Made by a program: the position numbers and the translations under genes | Shown: positions 9,432 through 17,230 of the stretch, piece after piece | How positions within the stretch are numbered: the first letter of the stretch is position 1 | Layout: each line of letters starts with the position of its first letter | Notes under the pieces: model-generated | The model's input: only the letters and a program-made list of their open reading frames with translations | The model's database searches: none | What the model was told of the DNA's origin: nothing | NCBI GenBank assembly: GCA_036272195.1 | Contig: DATAZE010000058.1 | Coordinates: 16,326-80,325 of the forward strand | Length of the DNA stretch: 64,000 bases | Reading direction: 5' to 3' | Origin: Verrucomicrobiia bacterium | Lineage (GTDB): Bacteria; Verrucomicrobiota; Verrucomicrobiia; Limisphaerales; DASXHY01

Positions 9432-11057
9432 GTGAAGCAACGCGCTGGCATTTTCTTGTCCCTTCTCGTCGCGAGCTTTTCGGCCTTTGGCCAGATGACT
9501 TCCAACCAGGTGGCCACTGTCATGGCCCAGGCTCTCACGCGCGCGAATGATTTCCTGGTTTCAGGCGCCACTTCCAATGGCGTCGTGGCCGTGGTCGACC
9601 GCGAAGGTTTTGTGCTCGGTGTTTGGAGCCTGGCACCAAGTCCGTCCGCGTTGGACGTCATTGACGCCATCACCAAGGCTGGCACGGCGGCATTCCTCAG
9701 CAGCGATCAACAGGCGCTGACCTCGCGCACCGCCGGGTTCATCGTCCAACAACATTTTCCGCCCGGAATAAAAAATCGCGAACCCGGCCCGCTGGTCGGT
9801 GTGAATTTTTCGAATCTGTCCTTTTCGGACGTGAATCATTTCAAGGACCCGCGCACCTATAATCCACTCGCATTTGGCGGTGGAGGCACAAATGGCGCGC
9901 CCATTACACCGCTCGGATTAGCGGCACTTTCCGGTCTCGCCGGTTCGCCGGGCGGCGTGCCGTTGTATGATGCCAGCGGCCATCTCCTCGGCAGCGTCGG
10001 CGCGGCAATTTCCGGCCACGCTCCGATTCCTGAACTCTACGACATCCAACCAACCGCCAAACAACGGACGGACATCGACGAGGACGTCGCGCTCGCCGGT
10101 CAACTCGGCTTCGCGCCGAACAAAAAATTCTTTGGCTCGCAGGTGTTCATTGCCGGCATCCGCGTTCCTTACGTGAACAGTAAAACCAAGGTTGAATCGC
10201 CGCTGCCCTTGGGTACCGTTGGCGCACCTGTTCCGCCGTACGACATCACGAATTCGCCGCCGGTCAATTATCCTGCGCTCACTCTCGGCGGGGTGGCCGG
10301 TGAAATGCGCGCGCCCATTATTGACGACCCGGCGGGTGGATTGATTGCCGGCCAGGCTCGCCTCACTGCCGTCGAAGTCACGAACATCCTCACGCTCTCT
10401 GCCCAGCGCGCGGCAATTACTCGCGCCGGCATCCGTCTCCCGCGCGGGCAGGCCGCTCAGGTTTTCATTACGGTGGTCAATAATCCCAATTCACCCGGCG
10501 TTGCGCCAACAGTGCTCGGCACTTTTCGCACTGGCGAAGCAACCATGTTCAGTTGGGACGTGGCCATCCAGAAAGCGCGCACGGCGCTTTACTTTTCCAG
10601 CCCGCTCGCGACCGGCCTTTTGCCCGCTGAATTGCAAAACAAAGCACTCTCGACGCGCGCGATTGGTTTTCTTGCGGAAAGCATGTATCCGCCGGGCATT
10701 CAGAAAAAGCCGCCCGGTCCGTTCCTGGGTTTGCAGGAAAATTTCTCCCTCCTGCCCATTGGTGTGACGAACGTTTTGAATGGAGTTTTTTTTACCGGCG
10801 CCAATCCACCACTCACGGCGCCCGATCCGAATCTGCCGAACGGCATCACGATTTTCCCCGGCGGTTTTCCATTGTATCGCAACGGGGTATTGATCGGAGC
10901 TATTGGCGTCAGTGGCGACGGCGTGGATCAGGACGATCTTATTGCCGCCTCGGGCACGGTGAATTTTCTGGCTCCCACCGCGATTCGTTCCGATCAAATT
11001 ATTTTTCGTCGCACGCGATTGCCCTATGCGAAGTTTCCAAGGAATCCTTCCCTGTAG
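9432..11057 (+). CDS. Exported protein with two GlcG/HbpS-like (DUF336) haem-binding-type domains
   Basis: Signal peptide MKQRAGIFLSLLVASFSAFGQ from a GTG start at 9432 (the ORF track starts at TTG 9414). DUF336-like blocks are present (VVAVVDREGFVLGVW, GAIGVSGDGVDQDDLIA). Confidence 0.6.
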   Translation: MKQRAGIFLSLLVASFSAFGQMTSNQVATVMAQALTRANDFLVSGATSNGVVAVVDREGFVLGVWSLAPSPSALDVIDAITKAGTAAFLSSDQQALTSRTAGFIVQQHFPPGIKNREPGPLVGVNFSNLSFSDVNHFKDPRTYNPLAFGGGGTNGAPITPLGLAALSGLAGSPGGVPLYDASGHLLGSVGAAISGHAPIPELYDIQPTAKQRTDIDEDVALAGQLGFAPNKKFFGSQVFIAGIRVPYVNSKTKVESPLPLGTVGAPVPPYDITNSPPVNYPALTLGGVAGEMRAPIIDDPAGGLIAGQARLTAVEVTNILTLSAQRAAITRAGIRLPRGQAAQVFITVVNNPNSPGVAPTVLGTFRTGEATMFSWDVAIQKARTALYFSSPLATGLLPAELQNKALSTRAIGFLAESMYPPGIQKKPPGPFLGLQENFSLLPIGVTNVLNGVFFTGANPPLTAPDPNLPNGITIFPGGFPLYRNGVLIGAIGVSGDGVDQDDLIAASGTVNFLAPTAIRSDQIIFRRTRLPYAKFPRNPSL

Positions 11058-11063
11058 ACACCC

Positions 11064-11210
11064 CTAATCTTCCCGAAGTATTAAGTCAGCAGATTCATGG
11101 AGGAACATCATCTCGTCTTTTTCCTCAAGCTCTCTCAGACGGTGTAAAATGACAGCCCGCTGTTTATCGGTCAATTTGGGCAGCTCTGCAATTATCTCCT
11201 CAAAGCTCAC
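11064..11210 (-). CDS. Small 48-aa protein resembling addiction-module antitoxin components (below the ORF-track size cutoff)
   Basis: Hand translation gives VSFEEIIAELPKLTDKQRAVILHRLRELEEKDEMMFLHESADLILRED*. The start is GTG 11210 or TTG 11216. It is the last gene of the low-GC islet. Confidence 0.3.
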   Translation of the reverse strand: MSFEEIIAELPKLTDKQRAVILHRLRELEEKDEMMFLHESADLILRED

Positions 11211-11270
11211 AAACAAAGTTTACATGCATTGGAATTTACGGGCAAGCAATCCAGAAGGGGCCGACCGTTA

Positions 11271-11594
11271 TTAAATGCCGGGATTGAGTGGAGGATAGTC
11301 AATGTCAGTCCATGTGTGAGCAAACTCTCGTAAAAGTTTTTGAGTGTTCTCGTCCTTGGATTCGTGCTTCATAAGCCGTCGGGTCAATGCCGTTTGAAAC
11401 AGCACGCCTGCTGCCGCCATGTTTGTGTACGCACGCTGGAAATCGGCAACCGACCACGAACGACTCCAAATAAAGAGCGGAATTTCCGTTTTGGTCTTTG
11501 GCATTGTCACAAATTCGTCTTTGGAACCATCCTCATAGTGAATTTCAATTCGGGCCACGCGTGGAGTTGGGGATATTTCAGCGTGCATTGTCAT
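11271..11594 (-). CDS. Hypothetical protein (107 aa)
   Basis: The ORF is trimmed to MTMHAEISP, starting 10 nt after the upstream stop. Low-GC composition. No recognisable motifs. Confidence 0.45.
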   Translation of the reverse strand: MTMHAEISPTPRVARIEIHYEDGSKDEFVTMPKTKTEIPLFIWSRSWSVADFQRAYTNMAAAGVLFQTALTRRLMKHESKDENTQKLLREFAHTWTDIDYPPLNPGI

Positions 11595-11604
11595 AATTCG
11601 GTGA

Positions 11605-12402
11605 TCAATTTTTGCTGCGTTTTCGTAGGAGGTAACAGTCTTCAAGCAATCGCCGCCAATTGCGATTGAGATCAACCCCAGATGCGTTCGGTTGATAGAC
11701 CCAACCGCGATAAGACCGGTCATTGAATTTGGATTCGTTTAAACAGTCATGAACCGTCTTTCCGATTATCCATACCTTCGATGAACCGCAGGATTTTAAG
11801 AGAAATCCTCCGTAACCTTTCCACCATTGCTCGTGAAGCTCCTTTTGAACCTCGATATCCACTCGCCCCTCCTTTCGTCGATAGATAGCGTGAACGGAAC
11901 CATCGAGCAGCCAAATTCCCATCCTGTAAAGTTCCCTCAAGGTATCGATTTTCCAACGTAGTCGATCGTCAAAGCTTGCGCCGTCTTCTTGCCGCGGTTG
12001 TGGGCTGCGGAAGGTAATCCGGCCAAACATGTCCCAGTACGTTGGAGTTCCAGCATTGCTCAGCTTTGCCGGTTTGATGGTCAACAGGTTGCTCTCTCCA
12101 TAGGCAAGACAGTAAACCAAGCGAACGAAATGTTCTGGTGGTAAGTTTGCATTGCGACGAAGAAACGGCCGAATTTGAGCTTCGCTAATCTTGAAGCTCG
12201 CATCTTGGTCGGATGTGAAGACGTGAGATTCTGCTACGAGAACCAATTTTGGTTGTTTGGGTTTCCAATACCAACGGTGCCTCTCAACCTTAATTGCAAT
12301 CTCCAGACTTTCCGCACGGTAATCAGCTTCTCGCAAGATCCGACAACCCTCAGCATGAGTTGATCTGAGATATTCCAAAGCATCTGAGGTCAATTCCGAC
12401 AT
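11605..12402 (-). CDS. Hypothetical protein (265 aa)
   Basis: The ORF is trimmed to MSELTSD. Its ATG at 12402 lies 1 nt after the decaheme gene stop (12404-12406). Low-GC composition. The motif order (LVLVAESH ... GIWLLDGS ... VWIIGKTV ... YQPNASG) is only loosely reminiscent of UDG-superfamily folds. Confidence 0.5.
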   Translation of the reverse strand: MSELTSDALEYLRSTHAEGCRILREADYRAESLEIAIKVERHRWYWKPKQPKLVLVAESHVFTSDQDASFKISEAQIRPFLRRNANLPPEHFVRLVYCLAYGESNLLTIKPAKLSNAGTPTYWDMFGRITFRSPQPRQEDGASFDDRLRWKIDTLRELYRMGIWLLDGSVHAIYRRKEGRVDIEVQKELHEQWWKGYGGFLLKSCGSSKVWIIGKTVHDCLNESKFNDRSYRGWVYQPNASGVDLNRNWRRLLEDCYLLRKRSKN

Positions 12403-12403
12403 A

Positions 12404-14089
12404 CTATTTTGCCGACGCCATTTCCTTTTTCGCAGAATGAAACGTATGACACGTCGAACAACTGCTCGCCACGCCGCCTTTCGGGCTGTGGCACTCCACG
12501 CAACTTGCCCGGTTCGGCAATAAGATATCCGCTGTGTCGCGACTGTGCGCGGCATCGTGGCATTGCGCGCACGCGACTTTGAAATGTTTGGTGTGATCGA
12601 ACCGCCCGCGAATCAGCCAGCGATCGGGAATGAAAGGCCGGTTCACTGCGGGCGCGCCATCATCTGATTCGGCGACTTGATGGCAATAGGCGCAGCCCGG
12701 AAAGCGCGCGGCTCCCATCGCATCCGTTCCCGCGGCTTGCGCGACCGGGCCGGTGCGAGCATCACTGAAGAAAATGCGCCGCTCCAATTCCTCGCCCGAG
12801 CCGTAGCGCCCGCGGATTTGCGCCATCTGCGTCTGCACGAAATTTTGCAGCGCTGCAGGCGCGATTCCTTTTTGCTTCGCGCCGAAATCGGCATATTGCT
12901 CCGGCAAGCTGCGCAAGAACGCGCGCACGTGCTCCGCGCTGCCATGCGGCAGGCGCAATTGCGGGTTGTTCACGTCAAATTGCAACGAGTGGCACGTCCG
13001 ACAATTCTCCTCGTAAGAAATTTTCAAATAATAGACGCCCGCCGCATCCGGCTTATGGCAATCCGCGCAATCCAGCTTGTGGCCGTTCAACGGCGGGATG
13101 TTTGCCGAGGTCAGATGGAGCGCGTGATTAAATTTCAGCGTGTCCGGATCCCTCAATTTTTCCGCCAGCACCTGGAATTCAGGATGGTCCGCCGCAAAAC
13201 TGTGAATGAGCCCGGTATAACCTGCTTTTGGCCGCGGTGCTTTGAACAAAATCCGTCCCTGCGCCGCGCGAAAATCGAAATCCTCCGCTGGCAATTTTCT
13301 TCCGATCTCCACTGAAGCCCGCATCACCTCTGCGTTCGCGTGGCAGGAAAGACAATTTGCATCGGTCGGTTTCGGCATGAGCCCCGAGCCTTGATGCTCC
13401 CGATGACACGCCGAGCACGAATGCGCGCGCGCGACATTCGGCTCATGAAAGGAATGCGCCGCGTGGCAATGCTCGCAATTCTGGTCAATCGCGTTCATTC
13501 CCGGCGGCTCGATGGCAGCCAGCGCGCGCACTTGAAAAGGTCCCGGCGTGGCATTGAACGCCGCTTTCATCAAGCCATGCGGCCCAGCGTGCGCGGTGCC
13601 GTGGCACGCAACACACGTTTCTTCGTCGCTTTCGCGTGCTCCGGCGATTTTAGCGAATGCGGCCGTGGAATGTTGCGACGAAAGTTTTCCCGGATTGATA
13701 AATTTCGAGCGAAGCGGCCCGCACAAACCGATCAAAAGAATTCCCGCCGTGAACGCCGTCACGCATATTGCCAGCAATTTCCGCTTCGCACGCAGACTGC
13801 GCACCGGCACACATTTTGTGATTGGCCGGCAGCACGTCCCATCGGGCATCGGCCCATTCCGGCATGGACCGCCATATTCCACCGGGCGCGTGCATTTGTA
13901 GCGCCCCTTGCTCTCGCCAGGATTTGTTTCGAGCGCGGGCTGGCATTCGTAAGTGGCGCGACAATGGCCTTTGCCATCCGGCCCGATGCGGCAGGGCTTG
14001 CCTTCCGCCGCGTGCCCGCAAATCCAATTTTGATTGGGCCGCTCGTACTGATGCTTGTCGAAATCCGGCGAGGGCAATTGTTCCTTCAT
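12404..14089 (-). CDS. Membrane-anchored decahaem c-type cytochrome with an N-terminal Cys-rich cytoplasmic module
   Basis: Ten CXXCH motifs (CVACH, CEHCH, CSACH, CLSCH, CADCH, CRTCH, CAYCH, CAQCH, CVECH, CSTCH). One TM helix (LLAICVTAFTAGILLIGLCG) is preceded by RAKRK. The start MKEQ forms an ATGA overlap with the upstream gene. Confidence 0.85.
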   Translation of the reverse strand: MKEQLPSPDFDKHQYERPNQNWICGHAAEGKPCRIGPDGKGHCRATYECQPALETNPGESKGRYKCTRPVEYGGPCRNGPMPDGTCCRPITKCVPVRSLRAKRKLLAICVTAFTAGILLIGLCGPLRSKFINPGKLSSQHSTAAFAKIAGARESDEETCVACHGTAHAGPHGLMKAAFNATPGPFQVRALAAIEPPGMNAIDQNCEHCHAAHSFHEPNVARAHSCSACHREHQGSGLMPKPTDANCLSCHANAEVMRASVEIGRKLPAEDFDFRAAQGRILFKAPRPKAGYTGLIHSFAADHPEFQVLAEKLRDPDTLKFNHALHLTSANIPPLNGHKLDCADCHKPDAAGVYYLKISYEENCRTCHSLQFDVNNPQLRLPHGSAEHVRAFLRSLPEQYADFGAKQKGIAPAALQNFVQTQMAQIRGRYGSGEELERRIFFSDARTGPVAQAAGTDAMGAARFPGCAYCHQVAESDDGAPAVNRPFIPDRWLIRGRFDHTKHFKVACAQCHDAAHSRDTADILLPNRASCVECHSPKGGVASSCSTCHTFHSAKKEMASAK

Positions 14090-14910
14090 CGCGCGCCTCC
14101 CGAAAAAGCAAACACCAGCACAATGTGCGCGAGCGTCCAGAGCAGCAGGCTGTAGGTCAGCGGAATGTGGACGAAGAGCCAAAGCTTGAGCACCAGTTGC
14201 AGCGAATAATGATAATCCAGTCCGTCCTTTTGCCGGACGAGTGTGGCGATGTCGTCCATCGTCGCGCGCTCGGAGTCGTTGAGATAACGATTGAGCTCGG
14301 TGATCTTATTCAGCACCAGGTTCAACGGCGTGCGGACTTCAAACAAATGCGGCACCACATTTCGCGTCCCGTCGAAAAAGCCCTTCAACTCGCGCGCATA
14401 AAAATCAGCGATGGTCGAAGATTTCATTTCCTCGACGGATTTTAACGCCAGCGCTTCGGCGCGGTCCTGCAATTGGCGGCGAATTCCCGGAATGCGCTCG
14501 AACAAAACCTCGCCACCGCGCGTCGTGAGGCGCTTGGGAATCGTGCGCGAAACGAACAAGCCAAAGAATCCGCTGAGCATCACCAATATATATAGCCACG
14601 CGAGCGTGCCCTCGAACCATCCCGTGGGCATTTTGTAGCTGATGTGCACCAGGAACAGCACCGCGGTCAGCAGGCCCGCATAAATGTGAAATTGCAGCCA
14701 CGCCTCCGACGAGAGCAGCGGCAAAAAGGAAATCTTCTTGCGCGCATTGTAAAAAGTAAGGGCGAGCATGACCCCGAACAAAGCCCAGCCGCTGAGATAA
14801 GCGAACCGCGAGACCACACCCGCATATTTTTCGTGCGCCCAAACCGCCAGCACCGAACTGATCAAAAAAAGAATCAGTCCGGCTGAGCGCTGTTTGGAAA
14901 AGACGTTCAT
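14086..14910 (-). CDS. Polytopic membrane protein, putative dihaem b-type cytochrome
   Basis: Several hydrophobic helices. There are two His pairs each spaced H-x13-H (QFHIYAGLLTAVLFLVH and FVHIPLTYSLLLWTLAH). ATG 14910 forms an ATGA overlap with the upstream stop (an alternative GTG start is 14922). Confidence 0.6.
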   Translation of the reverse strand: MNVFSKQRSAGLILFLISSVLAVWAHEKYAGVVSRFAYLSGWALFGVMLALTFYNARKKISFLPLLSSEAWLQFHIYAGLLTAVLFLVHISYKMPTGWFEGTLAWLYILVMLSGFFGLFVSRTIPKRLTTRGGEVLFERIPGIRRQLQDRAEALALKSVEEMKSSTIADFYARELKGFFDGTRNVVPHLFEVRTPLNLVLNKITELNRYLNDSERATMDDIATLVRQKDGLDYHYSLQLVLKLWLFVHIPLTYSLLLWTLAHIVLVFAFSGGAR

Positions 14911-16634
14911 TTCCTTAGCCACTTGGCAAACGCATCCAGGTCATTCATGTTGATTCGCACCAGCGCGCCGTGCGGACAGGCGCGCTGACAGGAGGGACCG
15001 GTGATTTGCTCCACGCACAAATCGCATTTCGTCGCCTTCAAAATCGGTTTCATTTCCTTGTCCACCAGAAATTCCCCTTCCTCATCGCGAGTTTCGACCA
15101 TGCGAATCGCGTCGTAAGGACAATTATTGAAACACGATTTGCAGCCGATGCACGTCGCGGGATTGATCACGACCTGACCGCCAAACGCGTCCCGATGAAT
15201 CGCGCCCGTCGGGCAGCCAATCATGCAAACCGGATCCACGCAATGCATGCACGCATTCGCCACCATCAGTCGCCCGTTTACCGGGCCATTCCGCAGAAAA
15301 CGCGGGTTGTTATCATGCGCCGTTGCGCACGCGCGCACGCAATCGTCGCAGCGCGTGCAACGATCCATGTCAATCAACATGGTCGCCGTGCCGTTGAACA
15401 GGCGGTTTTCCGTCAGGAACTCCAGCATGTCCGCGCCAATTTTTGCGCTCGCATCCATGGCTGGCGGCGGCGCGGCTTCTTCCTCCGCGATGGGCGTCAT
15501 TGGCGGCGGCAATTCGTCCTTCGCAATCGCTGGCAGCACCACCGATTCCATAACCGCCGTCGGCACGACTATCACGTGCGTGTAGCCGATGACACGCAAG
15601 GTGTATTGCAACGGCACGGCCGCCTGCGGGTTGCGCCAGTTGTGCGCGATTTCCTGCAAGCCGTAAATTTGCCCCGCGCCGAGATAATTGAGCGTGCGAT
15701 GGCCATTGCCAAATTTCTGGCTCACGCGCGCGAAGCCGGCCTTGATCAGAATCACCCCGTTCGGGTAATCGCCTTCCTCCGCGATGATCGGCTCCTGCTT
15801 GCGCGGGCCGCTCGCGACGGTTTGCGCGAGCCGCTTGTAATCGCCGGACCAATCGTAATCGCCAAACGTGCCAAATTCTGTTTTGGCCATGACCTGCTTC
15901 AACGCGTCGGCGGAAAGATTTTTGAAAATCGGAATTTCGCGGAGCGCAATTTCCAGCGCCCGCGCCCGGTAAATCTCGTCAATGTGCCGGCGCAGCGCGT
16001 CATCACACTTCATCAAATCGCGCAAACCCTGCCAGCGAATCTCCAGCAGCTCCGCCTGCTCGCTCTCCGCAAAAATGGAGGCCGTGCGCGGCATGCGGCT
16101 GAGCGCGGCGATCTCGCCGAAAAATTCGCCCGGCTCCAGCGTGGCCGTGCGGTGCTCGTCCAGGACCCGCGGCACGTCTTGAAGAAAAATTTTTACTTCG
16201 TCGCCCGCTCGCCGCTCGGACACGCGGCTGTCCTGCTTTAATTGGGACGGGCCGATGCTCTCCGGCTCTTTGGTCTGGCTCCACAATTGCGCCATCACGC
16301 GAAAGAGACTTTTGCGCTTGGAAACGCGCCGACCGAGGACCGACGGCGGCAATTCCGGCCCGAGCACCACGCGCACATTGCCCGACATCACAAGAAACGC
16401 CGACGTGCCGTAATCGCCTTCACGCACGATGATTTCGCCGCGCTTAAATGTTTTAATGCGCGTATCGTGCTTGAGAACGTCCCGCAGGGACGCGCGCTTG
16501 GGGAAATTATCCGGATTCATCCGCGAGAACGGCGCCACCGCCAGCAACCGCTCAACGCTGGCGTCCGTCATTTCCGGATCGAACGCGGCATCCCAGCGTT
16601 GCGGACGATCGAAAGTGAAGGGTGCGGAGGGCAT
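14907..16634 (-). CDS. Cyclic-nucleotide-binding (x2) protein fused to a four-cluster 4Fe-4S ferredoxin domain
   Basis: Two cNMP-binding-like regions (FKRGEIIVREGDYG...FFGEIAALSRMPRTASI, then a second IPIFKNL...). Four Cys clusters are present (CTRCDDCVRAC, CMHCVDPVCMIGCP, CIGCKSCFNNCP, CDLCVEQITGPSCQRACP). No signal or Tat motif. Confidence 0.8.
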   Translation of the reverse strand: MPSAPFTFDRPQRWDAAFDPEMTDASVERLLAVAPFSRMNPDNFPKRASLRDVLKHDTRIKTFKRGEIIVREGDYGTSAFLVMSGNVRVVLGPELPPSVLGRRVSKRKSLFRVMAQLWSQTKEPESIGPSQLKQDSRVSERRAGDEVKIFLQDVPRVLDEHRTATLEPGEFFGEIAALSRMPRTASIFAESEQAELLEIRWQGLRDLMKCDDALRRHIDEIYRARALEIALREIPIFKNLSADALKQVMAKTEFGTFGDYDWSGDYKRLAQTVASGPRKQEPIIAEEGDYPNGVILIKAGFARVSQKFGNGHRTLNYLGAGQIYGLQEIAHNWRNPQAAVPLQYTLRVIGYTHVIVVPTAVMESVVLPAIAKDELPPPMTPIAEEEAAPPPAMDASAKIGADMLEFLTENRLFNGTATMLIDMDRCTRCDDCVRACATAHDNNPRFLRNGPVNGRLMVANACMHCVDPVCMIGCPTGAIHRDAFGGQVVINPATCIGCKSCFNNCPYDAIRMVETRDEEGEFLVDKEMKPILKATKCDLCVEQITGPSCQRACPHGALVRINMNDLDAFAKWLRK

Positions 16635-16639
16635 TTGAA

Positions 16640-17224
16640 TCAGTCTTTAATCTTAAACTCCACATATCCGTCATCAGGAACGTCGCGAATCTGGCGCGCA
16701 AGGTCAGCATGAAAAAGAATTACCTCGTCTGCTCGAACCGGTTTCAACGATGCAGTCGCGCCTGATTGTTGAAAGACAAAAGGCGGATAAGCGAGAAGCA
16801 GTTCTCCAGGCTGCAATGGGTGAGTTAATCCGACGTTTAAAAAATGTTCGACGTCCGCACTCAACCCGCAAAAAAATTCCTCAACAGTCTCAGTTAGCAA
16901 TTCAACTTCTCCGGTTTCAGCAAAAAGCCTTAGAACCACATTATCTCGAATTAGGAACTGGTCGCCAAACTGGTCCTGCGCAAAAGGAATATCCGCAGGT
17001 CCAATGCCTTCGTAGAGCGTGCAAAATGCATGCTGCCCTCGCCACGCAGCACGAAGCGAATGCCATTCCGGCGACAAGCTTGCGCCGCGCACATGCACCG
17101 CTCCTTCGTGGAGAATAAAACCGTTTGTATCAGCAAGAATGCGGCTCAGGGCAGCGGGGAGTTCGCGCAGAATTTCGACATCATCTATGCTATCGCCTCG
17201 CCATGTAATACTGGAGAGATTCAT
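16640..17224 (-). CDS. SMI1/KNR4 (SUKH-1)-like protein
   Basis: 194 aa. The ELPAALSRILADTNGFILHEGAVHVRG pattern is typical of SMI1/KNR4 domains. GC is visibly lower than in the neighbours (hand count 25/60 for 16861-16920). Confidence 0.5.
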   Translation of the reverse strand: MNLSSITWRGDSIDDVEILRELPAALSRILADTNGFILHEGAVHVRGASLSPEWHSLRAAWRGQHAFCTLYEGIGPADIPFAQDQFGDQFLIRDNVVLRLFAETGEVELLTETVEEFFCGLSADVEHFLNVGLTHPLQPGELLLAYPPFVFQQSGATASLKPVRADEVILFHADLARQIRDVPDDGYVEFKIKD

Positions 17225-17230
17225 AGGCCT

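Noticed and set aside
12390-12572. N-terminal extensions of the 265-aa and 107-aa islet ORFs (starts at 12555 and 11723)
   Set aside because: The extensions overlap the preceding genes and are Arg/Trp-rich. Internal ATGs at 12402 and 11594 give tidy 1-nt and 10-nt intergenic spacings.
14970-16241. 423-aa plus-strand ORF
   Set aside because: It is antisense to the well-supported cNMP/4Fe-4S gene. The translation is Arg/His/Ala-rich with no motifs, a typical shadow ORF in high-GC DNA.
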